This document shows, piece after piece, positions 16,075-28,815 of a stretch of 64,000 nucleotides of DNA. Source of the stretch: Macrostomum lignano. Lineage: Eukaryota. The position numbers were made by a program, and so were the translations under genes. The notes below the pieces were generated by a model. The model saw only the letters and a list, made by a program, of their open reading frames with translations, ran no database searches and was not told the origin of the DNA. Each line of letters starts with the position of its first letter. Position 1 is the stretch's first letter. The DNA is taken from the NCBI GenBank assembly GCA_002269645.1, contig NIVC01002018.1, forward strand, positions 124,001 through 188,000. The letters are read 5' to 3'.

Positions 16075-16735
16075 GGAACTCCTGAAGGGCCTGAAGAATC
16101 GGAGGAAATGGAAAACAGAGCTACTCCTGAAGGGCCTGAAGAATCGGAGGAAATGGTAAACAGAGCAACTCCTGAAGGGCCTGAAGAATCGGCAGAAATG
16201 GAAAACGGAGCTACTCCTGAAGGGCCTGAAGTATCGGAGGAAATGGAAAACAGAGCTACTCCTGAAGGGCCTGAAGAATCGGAGGAAATGGTAAACAGAG
16301 CTACTCCTGAAGGGCCTGAAGAATCGGAGGAAATGGAAAACAGAGCTACTCCTGAAGGGCCTGAAGTATCGGAGGAAATGGAAAACAGAGCTACTCCTGA
16401 AGGGCCTGAAGAATCGGAGGAAATGGTAAACAGAGCTACTCCTGAAGGGCCTGAAGAATCGGAGGAAATGGAAAACAGAGCTACTCCTGAAGGGCCTGAA
16501 GAATCAGAGGAAATGGAAAACAGAGCTACTCCTGAAGGGCCTGAAAAATCGGAGGAAATGGAAAACAGAGCTACTCCTGAAGGGCCTGAAGAATCAGAGG
16601 AAATGGAAAACAGAGCTACTCCTGAAGGGCCTGAAAAACTGAGGAAATGGAAAACAGAGCTACTCCTGAAGGGCCTGAAAAACTGAGGAAATGGAAAACA
16701 GAGCTACTCCTGAAGGGCCTGAAGAATCAGAGGAA
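16075..16735 (+). repeat. 45-bp minisatellite with one long open frame (MENRATPEGPEESEE repeats)
   Basis: About 14 units; two terminal units carry a 1-nt deletion. Confidence 0.93.
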
Positions 16736-16845
16736 TCGTGGAGTGAATGCGCCCACGACCTGAATAATCATTGCATGCAATAAAATAGACAATTTTCGTA
16801 CTGAAAAATCCAGCTATACTACTCATCAGTTCAGTAATTAAAACA

Positions 16846-19800
16846 TCAGGCATTTCTGTTGGACTTTTTCTGCATCATCTTTAGCATCTGTGGAGGATAA
16901 TTTATCTCGGATTTTAATCGCTGCTTTGCAGCTTCAGCAGCGGTGGCAGAACTGGCGGTGGAGGCGGTGGCAGTCGCGACAGAGACAGTTGATGTCGAAG
17001 CGGCGGAAGCTGTAGAAGCCGCGGCGGTGGCCAGTTGTGTATCGCCCAATGCCGTACAAGTTGCGTCCAGAGTAGCCGAGAATTCGGCCTCATCGTGTCG
17101 CTGCCGGATCAGCTGCAGTTCGAGTTCGGCCACGCGCTGCTCCGAAGCCTCCAGCTGAGCGCGCAGCTGGGCAGTCTGCCTGCTGTACTCCAGCTTGGTG
17201 TTGCGCAGGCTGCAGCACTCCAGCTCGCGAGAGCGCAGAGCTTCCTGGCATTCGGCTAGGCGAGCTTCCAGCGTTACGCCGCGACCCTGCGCAGCCGCCG
17301 AGGCCTGCAGAAGCGACGATGCGGAAGATGCGGCGGGTGCGGCCGCGGAATTGAAGCCGCAGGTGCGCTCGAAGGTGCGAAGTACGCTGGCGCTCTGCAG
17401 CTTATTGGCGTTCTGGGATACTTCCAGCAGTTGCACCTGTTCATGGGGGTAGGGATATCTTTATTGCCCTCGGACTTGGGACTAGCACTATGGATGTAAG
17501 ACAGCAATTTAAGAAACATGTTTTGGTAATTAGAGGATAATTCCTTGTGATTTAGGATTAGGGATAATCCTACTGTATAAAAGTTGGAAGGTCACTTTTT
17601 TACTATGTGACCGTTTGTGACCTTCATTTGACCCTTAGAGCAATTTATGAGGCTTAACTTGCAACATTCACCAAATGCTGAGCTGTTGATTATTTTTATT
17701 CCAGTATCACTTTCAGACCATAATTTTTTATTCTGGTGTGAAGTTGCACTATTTCACTATTAGTAAAGAAAAATGTAAAAAAAAACATTTCTAATGTCAA
17801 AGTTCGGCTTGACAAACTTTATGAACCCCATCTCTGGAAATTTGTGATTTGTTATATGCTATAACGTCGACATCTTGAACTGCTGTACATGCTTGTACGT
17901 ATCTTCAGTATTTAGGCGCGCAACTATGCAGCTTTGCCTAGTTGTATTTGAGCATCTGCAAGGCAGCAGAAAGCCGCGAAAAGCCGCTCTGCAATTTTTG
18001 TGGCTTCTGGACCCGTCGACGTATTTCGCATATCCTCTGGCTTGTCAACCACCTCAAAATGGATTTTGCACAGACGGCATTATTTAACAACAATAATTTT
18101 TATTGCAATCTGACAGACACTATAATGCTTAGCAATATGAAGCCTGCCAAACGCGACAACCACTTGTGTGTCATGCCTATTTCACTGCTTTCTTGCAGGG
18201 CTTCGACACGTACAAGGAACTCCACTCTGTTATCTGCAACAGATGTTAGTGGGTTGAATTTGTCTAATGGATTAACTTTTTCAACCTGCTGCAAAAAATG
18301 TGTAGTGACTGGCTGCTTACTGGCCATTCAGCACATTCACTAGCTTTCCTTAAGAGCTCTGTGTTCCGCTGCACAGCAGTTCAGTCCACCTGACCTAGAG
18401 AGAGACACCCTGTGCTGGGCCTAAGTGTTTACTGCCCGATGACTCATCGCCCGAGCAGGCGCGGACAGCTACACACAATGTCTTCCCACTCGCGCTGAGG
18501 AGGCATAGCAGGATGACTCATCACCTGCCCTGAGTGTTTTTAGCACAGAAAAAGCACGTGACTCTCTAGAGTGCACAGAAATGCACTCTAGTTGTGCGTG
18601 GCAGCTGACCTTGAGTCACACCACGGCGGCGTGACAGGATTACCTTTTTTGGAAGTTGGCCTTGAGTCACGCATCTCTTGCATGACTCGGACGGCCAAAT
18701 AAGGAAGTTTCACGCGCTCACTGCATGAAACTTACGTGACTTTTGGGGGTCCGCTCGGCTATAAATACAGAGCATCTGGACGCCGTTCTTCCCCAGATCG
18801 TCCTGCCTGTCCGGCGACCGGAGATGCCTCTCTGCTTCCGAGCTCTCCTCTCTCATTTCAGGATTTCAGGTTCGAGCAGCAATTTTAGGAACGATCAACT
18901 GTCGAGACATTTTCAGATTTGCCTTACTCCGAGCGACTTCGTTATTCGTTATATATACTCTGCCGACGCGTCGAGTCCGCAAACCAAGGTGGCAGCAATC
19001 CTACCAAGCCTAAGGCTAACTTTTTAGGTTCTTTTCAGGCAAATCGATAGGTAGTACAACGGTACTATCTAGCTACTTCAGGAGCAGCAAGTTCAAATTT
19101 AGGTACACCATTAGGAACTCGGGAAGAAGCGTAACAAATGTTTAAAATTGAAGCGTCACCCAATATAGGGGCGGTGGATGAGCGGCTAGCTTCCATCCGT
19201 TCGTGAATAGGGCCACCTTCGAAAAGCTTGAGACTTGGTTGTACTTGTATCTGTACGCGCTAATGTAATTTATACTGACTACTACAACTACTTCATGCTT
19301 CTTTATGTGGATATCATTGGTAGGTGCACCACATGCGCAGGTTCTCAACTTTAAAGCACTTCTACATGGAACTAAGTACGCCATCAGCACAGACTCACGG
19401 CGTTAACCAAGAGTGTCAGCCTTTTGGAACGTATACCATGCTGTACGGGCCTATCTAGAAACGTCCACAAGCCTCTTTAAGTCCAACCACAGAAAACTGG
19501 AGATCCCGTATTCATGACACGAGACATTTCGATGCTCAGATGTTTAGGGTTTTTATTACCCGTCAACTGGCTCAGCGATATTTAACTGGACTGTTAATTG
19601 TGCCTGTCGACCTGTCACCCTGGCCTAACAGTGGTCCGAGCCGCAAAACAGCTGACAGAATACGATTGATTGCAGCACAGCGACATCGCGGCTATCAGCA
19701 GCTTGTGCTGCCCAGTGGAAGTCTTTCATTTTAAAATGCTATTTAGGAAAAGCACCTGTTCAATTGCTTATATTCTTAGTAAGCCAGCAGAGCTAATGAA

Positions 19801-22800
19801 AGCAAAGTTCGCTCGTTTCGAATTGATTAAAGTCGTGGACGACCACCTGACTCTGAAGGTCCATCGCCTCCTGACTTAACACATAAGCCTCACAATTATC
19901 CACTGCATCGCCTCTCCGGACGACGACTGCATGGCGACTGTGCATTGGCCTATCTACTCCGGCAGCTCCAGTCTGTTCGTACAAGTTTCTCAGCATTACT
20001 TCCGTCTTGATCTTTTATAGTATTTCGCAGCAACTTGCTGCATTTCCAACCTAGCTGCGGCTTTTACGCTATTGCTCGTATATCGCAAATGTAGTTTCAT
20101 TCGTAGCTGCCGTATCATCGTCAAGTACAATATCTGTATTTTTTCTGTTTTTTTACTATGTCAGTAGTATATAGTGTACAATACATTTATATACTGCTTG
20201 ATTAGTTATTATTGATTTATAGCTTATTTCATATGCTGTATCAATTGCTTTCATGATGAGAGCAATTTTCAGCTGTTTATTTCACGTTTTTAGGTGAGTA
20301 TACAAGCATATGCACTGTGCCCAACATAGTTTGAATTGGCAATTAAACACTACAAAATGTAAACTTTGTAAAGATTAGTAAATTGAAAACTACAATTTAA
20401 TGACCATATTGACAAGTTAAAAAAATTAGACATGATTGGTTGCCATCTTGTTTGTAATTCACTAAGCAATCAAGCATATATAGCAAGGCCCCACAGCAAC
20501 CAGTCAGTCCTTATCCGTTTTAGCTTATTCACAGTTCAAAAACCATTTCAGTTTACTGCGCTATGTCTAACGCAGCGACAACTGTCAAGAAAGCTAGCGA
20601 GCGCAAAAAGCGACAGAGGCAGAAGTTCTGCAGCAGGAGCCGACGAGCAGTAAGAGTAGCAAGTCGTCGGAGTCCTCCGTTAACAAGTCCACCACTTGGT
20701 GAGTGGTAGAGTACCGAGCAATGGATAGCGGTAGGATGTGCATAATCAATTTCTGCTGTGTTATCCTGGAAGCTGCTAAACGGAACACCTTGATCGTTAA
20801 TGATAGCGTAGCAATGATACCCAGCAAGACGTGAAAGATATATTGCGTCTGATTTTTTAAGGGACTGTTCAAGGCCAAGACGGCCGCGGACAACGCTGCA
20901 CGTGCGTGTCTTGCAGTACCAGCTGGGTAATTAGCGTCGTTGGGTACCGCGATGTCTTCATCGGCGATTTGTCAGGAACAGGACGGCAGAATTACAGTCT
21001 GTCAAAAGAGAGCCTGCTGAATCAGCTGGAAAACAGCCAAGCGAATAAAGAAGGTTGCAGAGCAAGTAGGACACGACTGAAGAAAAAATAAACGAGCTGA
21101 AGACGGTAGCTCAGCTACAGTCAGCTGAGGAGTCATCGTCGCAAAATGTCTTTCTTTACGCTCGCTGAAGCTCTAACTGCCGCTATAACGAGCATTGCTG
21201 TCGGTTCAATTGAAAGAGGTCTGAAAGAGGTTTAGTAATCAATCTCACAAATATGCCACCAGCAACTGTTAACAGCATTTCGGCTGCTGCTGACCTGCAG
21301 TCCCACTCGTCATCTGTCTAAGCATCGGCACCCACTGTCGCATTGTGCCAACGCTTTCCAAGTGTTTTACTTGGCATCGCCAACTACCAGACCGTTTCTG
21401 CTACAAAGAAGGGGCCATTCAGACCTTCGTCAAAGGTCTGGGTTGCCCGGACCAAAACAATGTTAAGATCCGATATTTGTTGAAGACCTTCCGGCACGGA
21501 GCCCATAGGCGAAACCCGAGCAGCGGACGCTAGTACGAACAAGATGGGTTCGCCACGCGCGCCGAGGATCGCCACAGAATTATCAAGAGAATAAAAGATC
21601 AAAATCAAAACCTCCTATCGGACACAGTCCAAAGACCATCATCATCTACGACCTTAACAGCTATCGACACAACAAGCGCGTGAAATGGAGCCCAATAAAA
21701 AAGAAAGCATTAATTGGCAAGGCAATCACGATGCAGAAACAACGTTGAAAGTACGAGTAGAAATGGAGAAACGCCTTGAAATGATATAAGGGGCAACAAT
21801 CAGCTCAAACATCCCATCGTCGAGGCAAGACCTGCAGTCGATCATAACCGAAAGTGCAAGAAAGATTTGCGGCACACGGAGAAAACAAGATGGGAAAGCC
21901 AACAATAAAATTGCAATGAGCCAACCGAGAACACGAAGCCCTCTAAGGAACGCGCCGATTGCGACAGAGATCGACGACGACCACAGACGGCGACATACCC
22001 ATGCGAGTACCCAGACTGTGGCAAGATCTGCCGGAAAACTTTTAGACAGGAGGCTACGATGATCGGAGCGAGACAGAGGTGAACATCCAACAATGTGCAG
22101 TGCGTCAAATGCGACGCTCTGGTGTAGAGTTCAAATCTGGCGCGGCACAGAAGAGCTAGCTTGTCAGGGGACGGCGGCAGGGGAAGAAGTCAGGCCGTGT
22201 AGACAGTGGCTAGGAAGTATCGCGCAGCAACAGCAACGTGCGAGGACTGCGGACGGGTGCCGTCCAAGACAAACATGGCCTGTCCAGACATCGGAGGACA
22301 TGTCGAGGCGAGTGATGACTACAGGTGTCGAATGCCCTATGGCACATAGAAGATGACTGAAGAAAAGCGGGATGCCAGAGAAGAGAATCTCTGATTGAGT
22401 AAACTAAGTTTCTGGTATGAAAATACAATATGGAAAAAATTAGACTTGATCATGGAAATTAAGTACGAGTGCAACTTCACTATACCAGGCTGTTTGTTTG
22501 TTTTTTGACACTGTTTTTTTCTAAAATCAACCCAACACACAAGGGTCACAATCACAGTCTTTTCATCTGATGACGGTCACATTGACGATCGACCGTTTTT
22601 TGACAGAAACTTTAATCTCATCAATCCAATCTTTATTTGGATTAGGGATAATCTTATCTGAAATTGGGATTAGCGATAATCCTACCTGATTAGCGATAAT
22701 CCTATCTGGATTTGGGATTAGCGATAATTCTACCTGTATTTGGGATTAGCGATAATCCTATCTGGATTTGGGATTAGCGATAATCCTACCTGTATTTGGA

Positions 22801-25765
22801 TTAGGGATAACCTTTTCTGAAATTGGGATTAGCGATAATCCTACCTGTATTGGGATTAGCGATAATCCTATCTGGATTTGGGATTAGCGATAATTCTACC
22901 TGTATTTGGGATTAGCGATAATCCAACCTGTATTTGGGATTAGCGATAATCCAACCTGTATTTGGGATTAGCGATAATCCTACCTGTATTTGGGATTAGC
23001 GATAATCCTATCTGGATTTTGGATTAGGGATAATCCTATCCCTAAGATGCGGAAGAATGCGGATAAGTACATAACTTTTGGGATTTAGAGTTATAATAAA
23101 TTTTAAAATTGACCTTTCGCTGCAGCGCCTCGATCTGCTGCCGGCTCCATGCCGCCTCCTGCTCCAAGTCGGCCACGTACTGAGCATTGTAGGCTGGCCG
23201 GGCGCGCTCTCGCATCCTGGCGGCGAACAGGCAGCGCATCTCGGCAGCCTCGGCGTCCTTCTTCGCCAGCCGATCGCGAAGCTGAGCGACGCCTTGCTGC
23301 AGTTCAACGACGCGGAGCTCCGCTTTCACCCGACGATCTTCCAGTTCGGCGAACAGCGAGTTGCCGCGCTCCACCAGCTGGCGAGCGTCGCCAGCTTCAG
23401 CGTCCGTTGACAAGGCGTCGCCGTCGTTAGCTTCCGAGTTGGGCGCGCCGCCTGGACGACCCGCGGCGGCCGCTCGGAGTCTCTGCTCGTCGACCGCCAA
23501 GACGAGGGCCTCGGCCTCGGCTTCTCGTTCGGCGAGGCGGTCGCGCAGCAGCGAAGACTCTGCGCGGGCGGCGTCGGCGGCTTCTTCGGCATCGGCGAGG
23601 CGAACGGCCAGCTTGCGCAGCTCCGACTGGGGAAATTTAGAAGATATGATGATGGGATTTTGAGGATATGATGGGATTTTGAAGATATGATGGAATTTTG
23701 AGGATGATGATGGGATTTCGAGGATGATGATAATTGGATTTTTAGAATGATGATGGAATTTTATGGATGATGATGGGATTTTGAGGGTGATGATGGGATT
23801 TCGAGGATGATGATGGGATTTCGAGGATGATGATAATGGGATTTTTAGAATGATGATGGAATTTTATGGATGATGATGGGATTTTGAGGGTGATGATGGG
23901 ATTTCGAGGATGATGATGGGATTTTGAGGATATGATGGGATTTCGAGGATGATGATAATGGGGTTTTGATAATACGATGGGATTTTGATATGGGCGTGTC
24001 CTACGGTTTAGGCTACTGGTTTACTGGTTTCTTTTCAATTTGATTAATTTGAGCTCGGGAGACTCCGGGCTTAAAGCTGGAAGATTTTTTTTAGCTACCT
24101 TAAATTGTATGAGTAGTCGTTACTATCTAGGCTATGTTGCTCTACTAATCTGCTATTACGTACTTTTATTTGGTAGGTCGCTGCCACAAGACTAATGCCC
24201 CTTATAAATTAATGTTAAATTAAAATAAGTGAGACAAGAGTCAGTTTCATATAAGATTATTTAGATTAGATAAACAAAAGAAATATTATTAAACCAAATA
24301 TGCAAAGACAGTACACAATTAATCCCTGTTTTAGCACTTCGGTAGACTCCGATTACTTATTTAGACCAATGGTAGACTCCTTTAGTCTTTTCTTATGTTA
24401 CCTGATTTATAATCCTATTCTCGGTAGACTCCGTTTTTGACTAAGTGGTAGACTCCTTCTTAGCCTCCCTATTTTACCCCTTAGAATTTTATCCTTAACT
24501 TACCCTTGATTTCTTTAAGCTTCTGTATTAAATTTTGAAAGGGAGACTCCCTTATTTTCTATTCTAGAATTGAGATCTTTGTCTCTATAAATAATGTCCT
24601 GATGGACGGTCCTGAACGGATGCTTTTCCCGAGGCTAAACAGCCTTTTACTAATAGAGGAACCCGCTAATACTCGAATTCCCACAACTTCGACTACTTTC
24701 CCGAGGGTGAACTACTATCAGTAGTGTAAAAGCAAAACTGCTTATTCTCGATTTTAAAAAGCTGAAGTAAAATGACTTGGCGAATCAGAACCCTTGGCAA
24801 ACGCCTTTAGCAAAACTGCTTGAACTAAACCCCCCTACTACAATTTTAATAATATGATGAGATTTTGAGGATAATGGTGATAAGATGTGAGGATTTATGA
24901 TGTGATTTTGGGGATTGATGAGATTCTAAGGCAGGGGTCTGCAAATCCGGCCTGCTCAAGGTTTATCACTTTTCAGCTCTCTTCTCCATTCTCTCATCTC
25001 TGCCCTCTTTTTTCTTTTCTCCCTCTCCTCTCTAGCTACAAGATTATTATCGTACATACGCGACGCTTTAAAAAGTGATTTAATTTAGATTTGCTTTCTG
25101 TCCTAATACTAAATCTAAATAATCAGAGTATTAGTTTGGCAGCATTCGCTTTTACCCACCTTATAAGTCAGCTCCTGCTCATAGCGGTCTCGCAGTGCTT
25201 CCTCCTCTGCGTCGCGGGCAGCGGCCAGCGCCTCCTTGACCTCGGCCAGCTGCGAGCGGAGCAGCGACACCGTCGAGTCGGTTGCGGCTGTCGCCGAGGC
25301 TGGATTAGCCGCAGTCACCTGAGTTGTAGCAGATGCCGATGTGCTGGATGACGCGGCGACTGTCTCCTTGCCAGTCACGCTGGCTGACTCAGCCGGTGTT
25401 TGCGGCGAGCTGCCGGCGGAAGCGGCGGCGGCAGCAGCGGCAGCAGCGGCGGCAGCGTTGGCCTGTTTCAGCTCCGCAGCCAGCGCTTTCCGAGCTCGCT
25501 CGAGTTCGTCTAACTCGGAGGCGTAGTGCGACTCCATTTGGCGGGCAATTTTAAGGCCGCCATTTAGTTCGTGATTCTCCTGCTCAAGTGAGCAGCAGCG
25601 ACCGTTCAGGTCGGCCAGCTGTCTCTGCAGGCGGCTGCAGACCGCCCGCTTGTGCTGCAGATTTTCCTCCAGCTCCTGGCGGCTCAAGCAGTCCGGGCTG
25701 CCTTTGTTTGGCGTGTCCGCCTCCAGTGGGGAAGGCAGCATCTCAGTGCTGGTTGCATCAATCAT
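16846..25765 (-). CDS. SPDL1: Spindly (kinetochore dynein-dynactin adaptor) homolog
   Basis: Exons 25765-25160, 23626-23114 and 17436-16846 are all phase 0 (569 aa). Long coiled coil with the Spindly motif GNSLFAELEDRR; LEQENHEL..LKIARQME resembles the N-terminal region of Spindly. Confidence 0.8.
18430..18800 (+). promoter_or_regulatory. Cluster of four AP-1-type sites followed by a TATA box (LTR U3-like)
   Basis: ATGACTCAT at 18439 and 18513, TGAGTCA at 18612 and 18663, TATAAATA at 18760. Confidence 0.35.
21700..22400 (+). pseudogene. Degenerate multi-zinc-finger retroelement-like relic
   Basis: Broken frames give TYPCEYPDCGKICRKTF, VQCVKCDAL and ATCEDCGRV motifs; many stops and frameshifts. 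Confidence 0.35.
22630..23045. repeat. Intronic 28-29-bp minisatellite with ggatta-gcga-taatcc hairpin
   Basis: Direct tandem array near the donor of Spindly intron 2. Confidence 0.93.
23635..23995. repeat. Intronic low-complexity repeat (gatgatgggattttgag)
   Basis: Direct tandem array at the acceptor end of Spindly intron 1. Confidence 0.9.
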
Positions 25766-26269
25766 TATTGGACATGCAAGCTGTGCAAGATATCCAGACT
25801 TGAATGGCAAACTAAAAATATGCAATCTGACACCTTCGCTCTGTGGCCACTTGAGACTGGCAGAGATATATACTTACCATTGCTGTTTGCTTTCTAGCTG
25901 CTGTATAGCATCAAATGATATACATGTATCTTATGTAGCTACAGATATGGCTACGGGAAGTTACAGTATATAGAGGTTTTTCAGCAAAGCATACAGATAT
26001 GGATATCGTTACAGGTACTCTCATACTTCACATATTTAGTTCCCATCTAGCAATACCACTCAACTGAGAATTGAAAGACCACTGGAGCTATCACTTTGAT
26101 AGGGTTAAGGTAGTAGAAGTCAATGTATGTTGCCAGTTTCAAAGTGAGAGGAACTTTTAAGTCCCTAGAATTGAGGATTAGGATAGAACAGGATGGAACA
26201 TTAGGATGGAACATAGATTATTAATGCCATGTCCACATTGCGGTTGGGTGGTATTAGCTAAAGTTAAAA

Positions 26270-26770
26270 CAATTTTTTTCACTTTTAAAGGGGAGCTCTT
26301 ATGTCCCTGCATTGGGGACTTAGCAACAGAAAGTTTTGGTGCCACATGCATGATATAGTTGGGTGGTGTGAGGGGGGGGGGCTAATGTTAAGATGAATGT
26401 TTTCACTTTCAATGCAGGGAAGCTCTGAAGTCCCTGGGTTGGGGACGTAAACAATAGAGTTTTGATGTCACATGAACATTGGGATTGGGTGGTGGGGCTA
26501 AATTAAAGATGAATGTTTTCACTTTCAATGTGAAGGCTAAGGGGAGCTCTTTTTAAGTTACTAGAATTAGGGACTTAAGCAACAAAGACAAATGTTTGAC
26601 TCTGTATGCATATTGAGGTTCAAATAAGGGGGGGGGGGTTATAGTTAAGATATGTTTTTACTTTCAATATAAAGGGAGCTTTAAGTCCCTGGGATCAGGG
26701 ACTCAAACAACACATTTTTGACACCATATACACATTTTGGTTGGGATAGTAGGGGCTTAAGTTAAGATAA
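26270..26770. repeat. Degenerate ~125-bp tandem repeat, about 4 copies
   Basis: Recurrent tttcactttcaatg...gggagct...aagtccctg...gggact..aacaa...gttaagat. Confidence 0.7.
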
Positions 26771-28815
26771 ATAAAGCCAATAAGGAAGCCACCTAGTATC
26801 TACCACTATCAAAAAGGCAAAATTGGAAAGGAGGCTTTTTGGAAACCAACTGATGAGTAGGTCATCGCCCTCGCAGAAGATCTTGGTAAAAATTGGAAGT
26901 TTTGTTATATAAGTTACTTAAACAATATAAGAAAAGGAGAGGGAAAAGAAAGGAGAGAGAAAATAGTGAGAGGGAGAAAGAGAGGGGAGAGAGGAAGAAA
27001 GAGGGAAGAGGGGATAAAAGAAAAGAGAGAAAAATGATAGAAAAGGACATTTTCCCTTGGCTTCAACTAAGTAGTCTCTGCAACTTGAGTAGCAGCACTT
27101 TGTATAGTGGCTCAGGTTAGCAGGCCTCCAACTAGAGGATGTGACTAGCCAGTTAAAGTCATTGCTGCATTGCAGGTCAGAAATCCACATCAAGTGCACC
27201 TTTATATAAAGCATGGTATTGGTCTTACTTACTGTCTAGACTAATTAATGCACACTACAAAAACTGCACACAACATAGCCATATATGCAGCATCTAGCTG
27301 GTCTCTTCTTGATTGATGTCTATCAAGGCCCAGGTCTTAGTGTTATACAATATAGATATTTTATTAGCTATAGATATAATAAAAAGGGCCTATTAACTTA
27401 AGCTCAAAAAGTCATAAAGTAGAGCCCAAAAATGTAATCTATAATGTAATGTATATAAATTAAATCACTCTTCTATCTACAGTGACACTAAGAAGCTAGA
27501 TTTGGTAAAAAAATATAAACATTTGGACTTAGGATAGAAAAAAGCAAACAAAGAGATAATAAAAGGTACTCTACTCTACCTTAAAAGCTTAAGTTTACAT
27601 AATAGTCCTTAATTGTCTCCTTGCTTATTTTGTCCTATTCCAGGTCCAAATTTTGTCATTTTTTGCCAAACCCAGCTTTTTACCCTATAGTTAGGATCAT
27701 GACATGCCTGCCTGTGCTAGAACAAATTCTATCAAAATGTTTGCTTGTGTTGTATATCATATTTTTTGAAAAAAATGCAAAAATCTATCATTTTCATTTG
27801 AAAATAAGCCTACCAAATAAAACTTATATTTTAATCTGTTTCATAGAAAATGCAATCTTAATATAAATTAATTAAAAAGCTATCAATATACTAGCAAACG
27901 AAAAGTATTAATAAAAAGAAGTTACATGCTAATTTTCTGATAGAAAATTTTGTCTTGGAAATTTTCATCTTGCACCAAACCATGCCAATTTTTTTATCTT
28001 ACACCATATTACGCTAGCGCAGCATATATCAAACCTTCTTTAATATCAGTATTTTCTATAAAAAAGGCAATCTTCCTAACTATGGCTCTTAATTCATTTA
28101 AAATATAACTCTAGAGTCTACTTATAGTTTTAGGCCTATATTTTCACAAATAAATTTTAACAAATTATACAAGCCTAAATTTTAACCAGGCTAGTCACTT
28201 AGTCATATATTTTAACAAATTGACAATATATTGACAATAGGCCTATATGCATAAAAAATATTGTGACTAGGGGCCTATTGCCTTTATAAATATTATGGCC
28301 TTTTTGATCTATCATCCTTTTGTTTTTAGTTTGACCTACATTATATATTGTCTTTCCAAAGAATTATAGGGCCTAAGGGGCCGCCTAAGTATTTTAGAGC
28401 TCATTTGAAAAAAAAATTGCCAGATGGCTTTTGAAAAATCAACCTAAGGGCCTAAAAGGGGCCTACCTACAGACAGACAGACAAACAAACAACATAGAAT
28501 TAGGCCTAGCCTAATTAATAGGGCCGATAATGAGACTACAACAGGGTTTTTTTTTTGTGCGCAGAGTGTGCGTATGCACCCTAAATTTTAAAATCGCACC
28601 CTGAAATTAAAAAAGTAGGTGCGGTTTAGGTGCGGTCTTATAACCATTTTTCTTTAAAGGCTTAACCATGCTTAAGCTATTTTTTATGCACTGCCTTAAA
28701 ATATGAAACAAAATAACTCTTTAAATCCTATTAAGTCATATAGGCAATATAGCCTATAGCTATAGCCTTATGTAAGATATTAAAATATACATTCCCAGTT
28801 GTCTGAACTGTGAGC

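Noticed and set aside
17880-20900. Short ORFs inside Spindly intron 2 as a nested gene or transposase
   Set aside because: No recognisable motifs or consistent splice chain
22630-23045. CRISPR-like palindromic repeats and K50 homeodomain TAATCC sites
   Set aside because: No unique spacers, eukaryotic intron, plain tandem array
24595-24630. ctgatgga...gaac resembling a hammerhead core
   Set aside because: Lacks CUGAnGA and GAAA with flanking stems
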